Origin: Rudaea sp.
GTDB taxonomy: Bacteria > Pseudomonadota > Gammaproteobacteria > Xanthomonadales > Rhodanobacteraceae
Reading direction: 5' to 3'
Assembly (NCBI GenBank): GCA_039935035.1
Contig: JBDTLA010000025.1
Location: 8,272 to 72,271, forward strand
Length of the DNA stretch: 64,000 nt
Shown here: in pieces, positions 9,350-18,674 of the stretch
Numbering within the stretch: position 1 is the first letter of the stretch
Layout of the letters: each line of letters opens with the position of its first letter
Notes under the pieces: generated by a model
The model's input: only the letters and a program-made list of their open reading frames with translations
Database searches by the model: none
Told to the model about the DNA's origin: nothing
Program-made: the position numbers and the translations under genes

Positions 9350-10783
9350 ATGCTGAAAGCCACCTACCCCTACTACCTCGCCAACGAAGCGCAGCAGCCA
9401 AACACCGATCTGGAAGTCACCGACAAATACACTGGAAAGGTGGCTACGCGCGTTGCCATGGCCGATGCAAAAGCCATCGATGCGGGTATTGCTGCCGCGG
9501 TGAAGGCGCAGGAGCCGTGTCGCAAGATGGCACCGTACCAGCGTCAGGAAATTCTGGAGCATTGCGTCAAGCGTTTTCGCGAACGCTATGACGAATTGGC
9601 GATGGCGCTGTGCATTGAAGCCGGCAAGCCGATCAAGGACGCACGCGGCGAAGTCAGCCGCCTGATCGACACGTTCAAAGTCGCGGCCGAAGAATCGGTA
9701 CGTATCGACGGCGAAGTGATCAATCTTGAAATTTCTGCACGTGCGAAAGGTTATCGCGGTTTCAGCAAGCGCGTGCCGATCGGCCCGTGCTCGTTTATTT
9801 CCCCGTTCAACTTTCCACTGAACCTGGCCGCGCACAAAGTCGCGCCGGCGCTCGCCGTGGGTTGCCCGTTCGTGCTCAAACCGGCCAGCCGCACGCCGAT
9901 CGGCGCGATCATCATCGGCGAAGTGCTGGCCGAAACGGATTTACCGAAAGGCGCGTTCTCGATTCTGCCGGCACACCGCGACGGTGCAGATTTGTTCACG
10001 ACCGACGACCGTTTCAAGCTGCTCTCGTTTACTGGATCGCCCGCCGTGGGCTGGGATTTGAAAGCACGCTCCGGCAAGAAGAAAGTGGTACTCGAACTCG
10101 GCGGCAATGCAGCTTGCGTCATTGATTCGGATCAGGCCGATCGCCTCGACTTCGTCGTCGAACGCGTCATCTTCGGTGCGTTCTACCAATCCGGTCAAAG
10201 CTGCATTGGCGTACAGCGCATCCTGGTGCAGGAAGATCTATACGACCGGTTCCGCGACGCTTTCGTGGCCGCCACAAAAAAGCTGGTCGCAGGCGATCCG
10301 AAGAACGAAAAAACCTTCATTGGCCCGATGATCGACGTCAAGGAAGCCAAGCGTCTGGACGACTGGATTCAGGAAGCGGTCAAGGCCGGTGCGAAGCTGC
10401 TGTGCGGCGGCAAGCGCACCGATGCGATGCTCGAAGCCACTGTATTGGAAAACGTCGATCCGAAGCAAAACGTGAGTTGCATGGAAGCATTCGGCCCGGT
10501 CGCGATCCTGCAAAAATACAAACATTTCGACGAGGCCATCCGCAGCGTCAACGACAGCGAGTTCGGCCTGCAGGCCGGCCTGTTCACCTACGATGTGCGC
10601 AAGACCATGCAGGCCTGGGACGAGTTCGATGTCGGCGGCGTGGTCATCGGCGATGTTCCCAGTTTCCGCGTCGACAACATGCCTTACGGCGGCGTCAAGG
10701 ATTCCGGTCTTGGTCGTGAAGGCATCCGCTACGCGATCGAAGACATGACCGAATTGCGCCTGATGGTGATGCGCGACGCGTAA
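9350..10783 (+). CDS. Aldehyde dehydrogenase (resembles the ALDH21/RNP123 group)
   Basis: ISPFNFPLNL, LKPASRTP, FTGSPAVGW, LELGGNA, catalytic GQSCIG, EAFGPV, MPYGGVKDSGLGREG. Confidence 0.92.
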   Translation: MLKATYPYYLANEAQQPNTDLEVTDKYTGKVATRVAMADAKAIDAGIAAAVKAQEPCRKMAPYQRQEILEHCVKRFRERYDELAMALCIEAGKPIKDARGEVSRLIDTFKVAAEESVRIDGEVINLEISARAKGYRGFSKRVPIGPCSFISPFNFPLNLAAHKVAPALAVGCPFVLKPASRTPIGAIIIGEVLAETDLPKGAFSILPAHRDGADLFTTDDRFKLLSFTGSPAVGWDLKARSGKKKVVLELGGNAACVIDSDQADRLDFVVERVIFGAFYQSGQSCIGVQRILVQEDLYDRFRDAFVAATKKLVAGDPKNEKTFIGPMIDVKEAKRLDDWIQEAVKAGAKLLCGGKRTDAMLEATVLENVDPKQNVSCMEAFGPVAILQKYKHFDEAIRSVNDSEFGLQAGLFTYDVRKTMQAWDEFDVGGVVIGDVPSFRVDNMPYGGVKDSGLGREGIRYAIEDMTELRLMVMRDA

Positions 10784-10790
10784 CGAAAAT

Positions 10791-10820
10791 CAACTGCGGC
10801 ACGAAACTGTGTCGCAGTTG
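10791..10820 (+). terminator. Stem-loop after the ALDH gene (possible terminator)
   Basis: CAACTGCGGCAC / GTGTCGCAGTTG form a 12-bp stem with one G-U pair, just after the stop codon. The U-tail is weak. Confidence 0.45.
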
Positions 10821-10891
10821 CAGGACTTTTGGCGTTATCGGAATAAGACTTCGACATGCCGGCCCTTTACCGGCAATCCCAAGGGTCTGAA

Positions 10892-13297
10892 ATGTTCCGA
10901 ATTGAAAGTGCAGGCTTGTCGTTTCTCCTGTTGGCGTGCGTGGCGCACGCGCAATCCACGGTGCCGCATCCGCGTCTGATCCTGGACGCCAATACCCTCA
11001 CCGCACTGCGCGCCCGCGCCGCCGCCAATACACCGCAATGGCAACGGCTGAAATCGTATTGCGATTCGTTTGTTGGCGGCACGGTGAATTACCCGGATCA
11101 GCCGGGATATCCCGACGCGCCGAATATCGGCCAGGGTTACGAGGGCGACGGCTATTGGGCACCGCTGTGGAGCGAAGGGCTGTGCTACCAGACGCTCAAG
11201 GCATCCGATCCGACAGCAGCGACGGTCTATGGCGCCAAGGCTGCGGACATCGCCGTCAAACTTTCCGTACTCTACCCCGCCGCTCATGGCGAAAACCCCT
11301 GCACAGACGACGGCTATGTGATGCGCTTCTTCGGTGTGGGCATGGGTATTCTCTACGACTGGGTTTACGACAAGCTCACCCCGACACAACGTACCCAGAT
11401 CTACACCACGGCGAATGCCTGGCAGACCAGTTGGGAAAATGTGAATGGCTGCTCCGGATTCGCCTACCAGCATCCGCAGGGCAATTATTTTTCCGGCTAC
11501 TTCCACGCAAAAACCGTGATGTCGCTGGCGACTGCTGGCGATAATCCCAGTGCCTCAGCTGAATGGACGAATTGGCTCGACACACAGTTCACAACCGCGG
11601 CATCGAATCCTCCACACATCGGGGTGCAGCCTTACTACGCCGCGCACATGACCGGTGGCGGCTGGCCGGAAGGCTTCGGCAACTACGGTCCACTGGCGAC
11701 GCTGAACATGAGTTTGCCGGCGTGGGAAGTGAAGACCGCCACGGGGGCGGACCTGGTCCACGCCAACTCGCCCTATACGTTTCCCATCGACCAGGCCGAC
11801 TACCTGATGCACTTCACCTGGCCGTCGCGCGTGTACATCGACGACCGCGACACCAATCACTCCAACGGCGATGCAGGGGCGCCGCCACCGGGGTCAGCCA
11901 ATGTCGGTCTGTTCATGCAGGTGCTCGGTGTGCTGCGCTACTGGAATGCCCCACACGCGAATGCATTCCAGCAATACGCCAACGAAGTCGTTGCTGCACG
12001 CGGCGACGACAGCGATGCGTGGGAGGCATTCCTGTTCTATGATCCGAACGGACCGACTGCAGCACTGAGTACGTTGCCGCTTTCGTATTTCGCCACCGGG
12101 CCGAACGCAGTCGCGGCACGTTCGGACTGGTCGACGACAGCGACGTGGTTGTCGTTTCGCGCCGGGCCGTACATCAACAACCCGCAGGCCGGTGAAGAGG
12201 GCTTCGATCAGGGCAGTCTTGCGCTCGTGCGCGGAGCCAGACCACTGCTCGTCAACGGCACCGGCTGGATCGTTCACGAACCCGGCGGTAATGCTGCTGA
12301 AAACCGTGTGTACAGTGACGAGTACGGCAATTTCGACGGCACAATCTATTCCGGAAATCGCACCATCTACAACGTGCTCTATGTTCGTTCGATGAATGGA
12401 AATACAGTCCTCGCCCCGTACGGTCAGGTGGCAAACAGCGCCGAAGACGACCACGTACAAACCCGGGTCGCTGCGTTCGAGGATGGGCATTCGTACGTCT
12501 ACACGCTCGCAACAAACTTGCAAGACATGTATCGTCTGGACGCGAACCACCAGCCCCAGGTGGCGTCATGGTCGCGCGAGATCGTCTATCTGCGCCCCGG
12601 TCGCGTGGTGGTTTACGACCGCACGATCGCCGGCAATACGGTGGGTGCGAACACGTCAGACGACCAGTTCTTCGCATTTCATTTTCCCGCAAATCCGACC
12701 TCGGTTTCAGCACCGAGCGGCGAGAAACGCTACGACGTGACCGACGCCAGCGCGTTCGCCGGCGCGATGACCACCGTGTTGCCGACCAATGCGGCAACAA
12801 CGGTCATCGGCATGTATCCCGCCAATGCAAGTGAACCGGCGAGCAATCCGATCCGGGTCTGGCAGGTGCAGGTGCGAGCACCCAACAATGCCGCAAGTCA
12901 GCAATGGCTGAACGTGTTCGATCTGGCTGCCTCGGCCACGACCGTTGCGATTGCAAACAAGATTGTGCCTACGACTGGAACGGCCACGGGAACGTTGCTC
13001 GTTGCGAGCGACGGCAACGCCGCCGTGCTGTTCAACTCCGGTAACGCAGGCACCACGATCGCGGGAACGATTGCCTATTCGATCCCGGCCGCCGCGACAA
13101 CGAATGTGATCACCGAGTTGCCAGCCAATGCTGGTTACACCATCACCGCCGCGCCCGCCGGGGGCATGCTTGCTGTCAGCCTCGTCCCTGGTGGAACGCA
13201 GTACAGTTCGGCTGGCGGCGTATTGAACTTCAACCTCAGTGCGATCGGCAAGGTCACTCCAGGCGACCGCATCTTCGCCGACGGTTTCGGAAATTGA
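10892..13297 (+). CDS. Secreted heparinase II/III-like (polysaccharide-lyase fold) protein with a C-terminal DRIFADGF tag
   Basis: Signal peptide ending AHA-Q, then HPRL, GNY, GGWPEGFGNYG and ARSDWSTTATWLSFRAGPY...DQGSLAL, then a beta-rich C-terminus ending GDRIFADGFGN. Alternative start at 10856. Confidence 0.7.
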   Translation: MFRIESAGLSFLLLACVAHAQSTVPHPRLILDANTLTALRARAAANTPQWQRLKSYCDSFVGGTVNYPDQPGYPDAPNIGQGYEGDGYWAPLWSEGLCYQTLKASDPTAATVYGAKAADIAVKLSVLYPAAHGENPCTDDGYVMRFFGVGMGILYDWVYDKLTPTQRTQIYTTANAWQTSWENVNGCSGFAYQHPQGNYFSGYFHAKTVMSLATAGDNPSASAEWTNWLDTQFTTAASNPPHIGVQPYYAAHMTGGGWPEGFGNYGPLATLNMSLPAWEVKTATGADLVHANSPYTFPIDQADYLMHFTWPSRVYIDDRDTNHSNGDAGAPPPGSANVGLFMQVLGVLRYWNAPHANAFQQYANEVVAARGDDSDAWEAFLFYDPNGPTAALSTLPLSYFATGPNAVAARSDWSTTATWLSFRAGPYINNPQAGEEGFDQGSLALVRGARPLLVNGTGWIVHEPGGNAAENRVYSDEYGNFDGTIYSGNRTIYNVLYVRSMNGNTVLAPYGQVANSAEDDHVQTRVAAFEDGHSYVYTLATNLQDMYRLDANHQPQVASWSREIVYLRPGRVVVYDRTIAGNTVGANTSDDQFFAFHFPANPTSVSAPSGEKRYDVTDASAFAGAMTTVLPTNAATTVIGMYPANASEPASNPIRVWQVQVRAPNNAASQQWLNVFDLAASATTVAIANKIVPTTGTATGTLLVASDGNAAVLFNSGNAGTTIAGTIAYSIPAAATTNVITELPANAGYTITAAPAGGMLAVSLVPGGTQYSSAGGVLNFNLSAIGKVTPGDRIFADGFGN

Positions 13298-13411
13298 CTG
13301 ATTGACCGCCGATTAACCCCGCTGCGCCTGCGCATGCGTTTACCTTGACGCAACCCTCCTCCAACGCTGAAGCCCTTACTTGCAGCGCCGGTTTGACGTA
13401 ATCTGCGCCGC

Positions 13412-13966
13412 ATGGGGGCTGAACCAAAAACGGACGAACAATTGATGCTCGCCTACGCGCAAGGCGATATTCGCGCTTTCGAGACGCTGTATGCGCGCTG
13501 TCGCGGCATGTTGTACCGCTACATCCTGCGCAGCATCAACGACCGCGCGGCTGCCGACGACCTGTTCCAGGAAACCTGGGGCCGTGCGGTCGCCTCACGT
13601 GAACGCTATCGCGTGGAAGCGAAATTTACGACCTGGCTGCTGCAAATCGCGCACAACCTGATCGTGGACAGTTATCGGCGAGCACGACCGCAAGCAGGGC
13701 CCGAAGAAACCGAAGCGATTTTCCGCGAACTCGATGCGCCGGAATCCGATCGTCCGGAGCATCTGCTCGGCGAGTTCGAGCAGCGCAGGCGATTGCAACT
13801 GGTTCTCGACGCACTACCAGACGAACAGCGCGAGGCATTCGTATTACGCATCGAGAGTGGACTTGGATTAGAGGAAATCTCGGCTGTCACCGGCACCGGA
13901 CATGAAACGGTGAAATCGCGCCTGCGTTATGCGCTAGCCAAGATACGGGACAAATTTTCGGAATGA
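13412..13966 (+). CDS. ECF sigma factor (sigma-70 family)
   Basis: DEQLMLAYAQGD, ADDLFQETW, FTTWLLQIAHN, LPDEQREAFVLR, TVKSRLRYA. Confidence 0.93.
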   Translation: MGAEPKTDEQLMLAYAQGDIRAFETLYARCRGMLYRYILRSINDRAAADDLFQETWGRAVASRERYRVEAKFTTWLLQIAHNLIVDSYRRARPQAGPEETEAIFRELDAPESDRPEHLLGEFEQRRRLQLVLDALPDEQREAFVLRIESGLGLEEISAVTGTGHETVKSRLRYALAKIRDKFSE

Positions 13967-15036
13967 ACGGCAACGAAAAACTCGAACGCGACCTTGAATT
14001 CTTCCTGCGGGAAGATGATTCGCGCGTTGCTGTGCTTTACCGCAAATTGCCGCGTGCGGAACCGGACGCGAAAATCGATGCTGCGGTATTGGCGATGGCG
14101 CGGCGTACCGCAAGTCCGTCGACGCACGCGCGCAATCGCCGCTGGGTACCTGCGCTGAGCGCCGCTGCCGCAATCCTGCTTGCCGCCAGCGTCGCAATCC
14201 GGGTCGGCCCGCAGATTTGGAATTCGCATAACCCGCCCGCAGCCAGCCAACGCGATGAGCAAATCAGCACCGTGCGGACGCAGGAACCGCCAACGCCGCC
14301 GGCCTTGGCATCGCCACCCGCACCGCCTGCCATGGCATCCCCACCGCCAATGCCGGCACAATCGGCACCACCTGCACGGCAAATGACACGGCTGCCAATG
14401 CGAGCGGCTAAAGCCATCATGCAAGATGTGCCAGCGCAGCCAGCGCAGCCAGCGCAACGTTTCGACTTGGAGAAATCCAGGCCTGCCGCACCCGCAGCGG
14501 CAGCAATGCCGACGACAAGCCCGCAATCGATGCTGCAAGAATCTTCCGCCGGCCATGTCGACAAAGATTTGAGGAACGACAGCAAGTCCCAATCTGCGCC
14601 CTCAGTGCAACCTGCCCCAGCCGTGGCATTCCCTGCCACAGCTACAGTTTCGCAATCCAACGAATCGGCGAAACAAGACGCCGGGACGGCCACGCAAAAG
14701 CAGGAACGACAGCAAGCCGACTCCACAACCGAAAGTGCCGTCAGCAACGGGGCCGCTGTGGTCCGTGCGGCACCCACGGCAAATGCGCCGGCCCCCGCAG
14801 AACCCATGGCTCCGCTGCCCACCCTTAAACGTAGTCGCCCACTGACTGCCGACGCTCAGGCGCGGCTGATCCACAATTCGCAGCTGTATCCGGAATCCTG
14901 GATCGCCGCGATTCGTCGCATTATCCGAGACGGTCACGATGACGAAGCTCGTGCCAATCTGGACTATTTCACCAAAAAATATCCTGATTATCGCCTGCCT
15001 GATGATCTCGATCGTTTCACCAGACGCACAAAATGA
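13963..15036 (+). CDS. Putative membrane-anchored anti-sigma factor with a Pro/Ala-rich linker and a C-terminal helical (TPR-like) domain
   Basis: ATGA overlap with the sigma gene. IDAAVLAMARR, a single TM segment (WVPALSAAAAILLAASV), a low-complexity linker, and PESWIAAIRRII...FTKKYPDY. Confidence 0.7.
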   Translation: MNGNEKLERDLEFFLREDDSRVAVLYRKLPRAEPDAKIDAAVLAMARRTASPSTHARNRRWVPALSAAAAILLAASVAIRVGPQIWNSHNPPAASQRDEQISTVRTQEPPTPPALASPPAPPAMASPPPMPAQSAPPARQMTRLPMRAAKAIMQDVPAQPAQPAQRFDLEKSRPAAPAAAAMPTTSPQSMLQESSAGHVDKDLRNDSKSQSAPSVQPAPAVAFPATATVSQSNESAKQDAGTATQKQERQQADSTTESAVSNGAAVVRAAPTANAPAPAEPMAPLPTLKRSRPLTADAQARLIHNSQLYPESWIAAIRRIIRDGHDDEARANLDYFTKKYPDYRLPDDLDRFTRRTK

Positions 15037-15635
15037 TGGCTGCGAGATTCGGTCTGATCGCAGCGGCGCAATTGGCACAGGAAATCCGCAATAGCAAATT
15101 TGTCGCCAACGCGACAGCGGTCGCATGCGAAGAATCCGCGACAGAGTTTCTGCGCCAGATTTCCGATCCAGACGCCACGCACAATTGCTGGGCGTGGCGC
15201 ATCGGGCAACGCTACCGTTTCAGCGACGATGGCGAACCATCGGGAACCGCCGGCAAACCGATACTACTGGCCATCGACGGCCAGACCATGGATAACATCA
15301 TGGTGGTTGTTACACGCTGGTTTGGCGGCATCAAGCTCGGTGCCGGCGGACTGATGCGCGCATACGGTGGCTGCGCGTCGGAATGCTTGCGTCAGGCTGA
15401 CAAGAGCGAATTGATCGATACGACGCTGGTGGAATTCGCGGTCGAATTTCCGGTGCTGGCCAGGTTGCGCGTGCGCCTCCACGCGCTCGATGCAGGCATC
15501 GAGGCGGAAGACTTCTGCGATTCCGGTGCGAAACTGCGGGTGAGCGTTCCCTGCGCCAATCTTTCCGAGTTGCACCTATTGCTTGCCGACCTGACTCGCG
15601 GGCAATGTGATATCCGTCGAATTGACAGCGATTGA
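15033..15635 (+). CDS. yigZ: IMPACT/YigZ family protein
   Basis: SKFVA, ATHNCWAWR, SDDGEPSGTAGKP, VTRWFGGIKLGAGGLMRAY. Confidence 0.9.
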   Translation: MMAARFGLIAAAQLAQEIRNSKFVANATAVACEESATEFLRQISDPDATHNCWAWRIGQRYRFSDDGEPSGTAGKPILLAIDGQTMDNIMVVVTRWFGGIKLGAGGLMRAYGGCASECLRQADKSELIDTTLVEFAVEFPVLARLRVRLHALDAGIEAEDFCDSGAKLRVSVPCANLSELHLLLADLTRGQCDIRRIDSD

Positions 15636-15728
15636 TATGCCCACGCGAGGCGTTTTTTGTCGTGGCCTCGCATTGAAACTCCGCGCCATGCCACCATCAA
15701 AGCGTCTGCGCAGGCAATAACACGACTC

Positions 15729-17504
15729 ATGACCAAATCCAGCGACACCTTGCAACCTCCTCGTCAACCTCGTCTGGCCTCACTACGCCTGTTGCTGCCC
15801 TTCTTCCGCCGCTATCGCCCATTATTCATCGGCTGGCTGGGATTTCTTGCGCTGTCGTCAACCGCAACGCTGTCGCTTCCCCTCGCGGTACGCGTGATGA
15901 TCGATCACGGCTTCGCACACACCGATACTGCAACCGTCAACCGCAGCTTTCTTGGTCTGTTCATTGTCGCCACAGTGCTTGCCGTGGCAACGGCCGGGCG
16001 ATATTTTTGCGTTGCCCTGCTCGGCGAAAGGGTGGTCGCTGATTTGCGTAAAAAGCTGTATTCGCATTTGCTCACGCTCGACCAGGCATTCTACGAACGC
16101 ACCCGCGTCGGCGAATTGACTTCACGACTTGGCAGCGATACCGAACTGGTGCAAACGGTCGTGAGTTCAAGCATGTCGGTCGCGTTGCGCAGTATCGTCA
16201 CGGCCATCGGTGGCGCGGTGATGCTGGTCGCCACGAGCCCGCGGTTGGCGGGATACGCTGCGTTGGTGATACCGCTGGTGGTGCTGCCGATCGTCCTCGC
16301 CGGTCGACGCCAGCGCAAATTGGCGCGCGCCAATCAGGATCGCATTGCCGACGCCGCCGCAATTGCCAACGAGACACTCAATGCCGTCTACGCCGTGCAG
16401 GCGTATGCGCGCGAGCCGGTGGAAACCCAACGCTACGACTCCGCGATCGCGCGCGCCGTATCCACCGCGCGGCGCCGCATCGGCCAACGCGCCAGGCTTT
16501 CCGCGCTGGTGATCCTGTTGATCTTCGGTGCGATTACGCTGGCATTGTGGGTCGGCGCACGCGCGGTAATAAGCGGCGGCCTCGATCCGGGCGTACTGGG
16601 TCAGTTCGTGTTGTACGCGGTGATTTCTGCCGGCTCCATTGGTGGGCTGACCGAAATCTGGAGTGAAGTTTCTCGCGCGGGCGGTGCGATGGAACGCATC
16701 GGCGAATTACTTGATACGTCACCGTCGATCGTTTCTCCAGCCGATCCAGCCCGGCTGCCCATTCCCGTACGTGGGGAAATTCGATTCGACCATGTCGAAT
16801 TCCGCTACCCCACCCGGCCGGAAGCGCCGACCCTGCACGACTTCACCTTGCGCGTGGCACCGGGAGAAACCGTCGCGCTGGTGGGTCCATCCGGCGCCGG
16901 GAAAAGTACCGTTTTTCACCTGTTGTTGCGCTTCTACGATCCGCAGCACGGGAGCATTCAAATCGACGGCATCGACTTGCGCGCGATGGCCGTACCTGAT
17001 GTACGTGGTGCGATTGCGCTGGTGCCACAGGACACGATCATCTTCGGTGCCAGCGCCGCGGACAATATCCGTTTCGGTCGTGTCGATGCCGACGAGGCAG
17101 CCGTGATTGCTGCGGCCAAGGCGGCCGAAGCCAACGATTTCATCCTCACCCAATCGGATGGTTACGCGACCCATCTCGGCGAACGCGGCGTGCGCTTGTC
17201 CGGCGGCCAACAGCAACGCATCGCCATCGCGCGTGCACTGCTCAAGGCCGCGCCCATCCTGCTGCTCGACGAGGCCACCAGCAATCTCGACGCGCAATCC
17301 GAAGCGGCCATCCAACATGCGCTTGAACGCCTGATGCACGGACGCACCACGCTGGTGATCGCGCACCGTCTTGCCACCGTGCAGCAGGCCGATCGTATTG
17401 TCGTCATGGACGCCGGCCGCATCGTCGCCCAGGGCACGCATGCCGAATTGCTGCGCGATGATGGCCTTTATGCCGAATTGGCACGGCTGCAATTCGCAGC
17501 GTGA
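15729..17504 (+). CDS. ABC exporter, fused permease and ATPase (MsbA-like)
   Basis: Hydrophobic N-terminal TM domain; Walker A GPSGAGKST, signature LSGGQQQR, Walker B LLLDEATS, IAHRL. Confidence 0.92.
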   Translation: MTKSSDTLQPPRQPRLASLRLLLPFFRRYRPLFIGWLGFLALSSTATLSLPLAVRVMIDHGFAHTDTATVNRSFLGLFIVATVLAVATAGRYFCVALLGERVVADLRKKLYSHLLTLDQAFYERTRVGELTSRLGSDTELVQTVVSSSMSVALRSIVTAIGGAVMLVATSPRLAGYAALVIPLVVLPIVLAGRRQRKLARANQDRIADAAAIANETLNAVYAVQAYAREPVETQRYDSAIARAVSTARRRIGQRARLSALVILLIFGAITLALWVGARAVISGGLDPGVLGQFVLYAVISAGSIGGLTEIWSEVSRAGGAMERIGELLDTSPSIVSPADPARLPIPVRGEIRFDHVEFRYPTRPEAPTLHDFTLRVAPGETVALVGPSGAGKSTVFHLLLRFYDPQHGSIQIDGIDLRAMAVPDVRGAIALVPQDTIIFGASAADNIRFGRVDADEAAVIAAAKAAEANDFILTQSDGYATHLGERGVRLSGGQQQRIAIARALLKAAPILLLDEATSNLDAQSEAAIQHALERLMHGRTTLVIAHRLATVQQADRIVVMDAGRIVAQGTHAELLRDDGLYAELARLQFAA

Positions 17505-17532
17505 TGATTTGTATGACGCGGCGCTGTCGAAT

Positions 17533-18516
17533 CTATTTCGAGACGGCCATTGCCTGCTGCAACCCGACCTGCAACCAGCCCAGATTGAATCCGATGGCGT
17601 TGGACTGTGGGTCGCTCCACACGTAGTCGATGACCTGTCCGCTCGCATCGTCGATGACGTCGAGCTGTAGCACGCTGAGTTTGCGCTCGGGATAAGTCGT
17701 GCGCGCCAGTTCCAGTGAATAGCCGCTCGCGGCACCATCACGCCAGCGCAACTTGACGCTCCCACCTTCGCTGGATAGACGCAAATCCTTTTGCACGTGC
17801 CAATCCTGATTGCCCGACTTCGCCTTGGGGCCACCACCGTTTATCGCGGCCCAGCCGTCGAACCAGCGTACGCGTCGCGCGTCGATTCCGGCACCGGTAC
17901 CGCGCGCCTGATCGGCAAACGTGACCGAATGCAACATATCTGCGTTGAGCGTGAAGTGCAGAGGTAGCAACGCCGCAGTCTTCCCCAGCCCTGGCAGCAA
18001 CGCGCTGCATGCTGAGGTGTTGGCGCTGGCGCTGAATTGCGAATTCATCCACGCACCGGTCAGTGCGCACGGGGCGAGTTCAGCCCATTGTTCGGCGACG
18101 AATTTGAATTTGTCTTGTTTGTCGTCGAAAGCCGACATGGCGGCATTCGGATCGATCGCGCGATACGGCGTCAACACCACGCCACGACCATCACTGGCTG
18201 TACTGAACAGATACAGCCAGACTGCATCGACCGGCTCCGGCTGGTCGAGCGTCTGCAACCGCCAAAGCCACAAGCTTCCACCGTGATTGCGCGACAGCGA
18301 TCGCCATTGTTCGCGCAAATGCGGAATGGCGATCACCGTGCCAGCCCGAACCTTGACGGCCACCTGCCGCAATTGTTCGTGGTTGTCGTACTCGCCGGCA
18401 AGCACTGCGTCCAACCGGCCCACGGCATCGCCGGCAACGGCTTGGCGGTGATCAATCGGCAACGATTGGCACCCCGCAAGCAGCGTCGCACAGGTAATCA
18501 TCATCAACTGGCGCAT
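17533..18516 (-). CDS. Lipoprotein with a CpcT/CpeT-like N-terminal domain
   Basis: Start MRQLMMITCATLLAGC (lipobox LAGC) preceded by GGAG. LAGEYDNHEQ resembles the CpcT/CpeT N-terminal motif. The C-terminus ends IGFNLGWLQVGL. Confidence 0.6.
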   Translation of the reverse strand: MRQLMMITCATLLAGCQSLPIDHRQAVAGDAVGRLDAVLAGEYDNHEQLRQVAVKVRAGTVIAIPHLREQWRSLSRNHGGSLWLWRLQTLDQPEPVDAVWLYLFSTASDGRGVVLTPYRAIDPNAAMSAFDDKQDKFKFVAEQWAELAPCALTGAWMNSQFSASANTSACSALLPGLGKTAALLPLHFTLNADMLHSVTFADQARGTGAGIDARRVRWFDGWAAINGGGPKAKSGNQDWHVQKDLRLSSEGGSVKLRWRDGAASGYSLELARTTYPERKLSVLQLDVIDDASGQVIDYVWSDPQSNAIGFNLGWLQVGLQQAMAVSK

Positions 18517-18674
18517 CAAATTTCTCCGTGGCCTTGGCCGAAGTGATTGAGGATGTAGCTCAAGTCCTGCGAGACCCGCGACTCGCGGATTGTTCGGCAT
18601 GATGTATCCCGACATGTTGCGTGCGCTTCGCGCACGAATCGAAACAAGCGTGCGCGAAGTGCACGCCACCGCGC

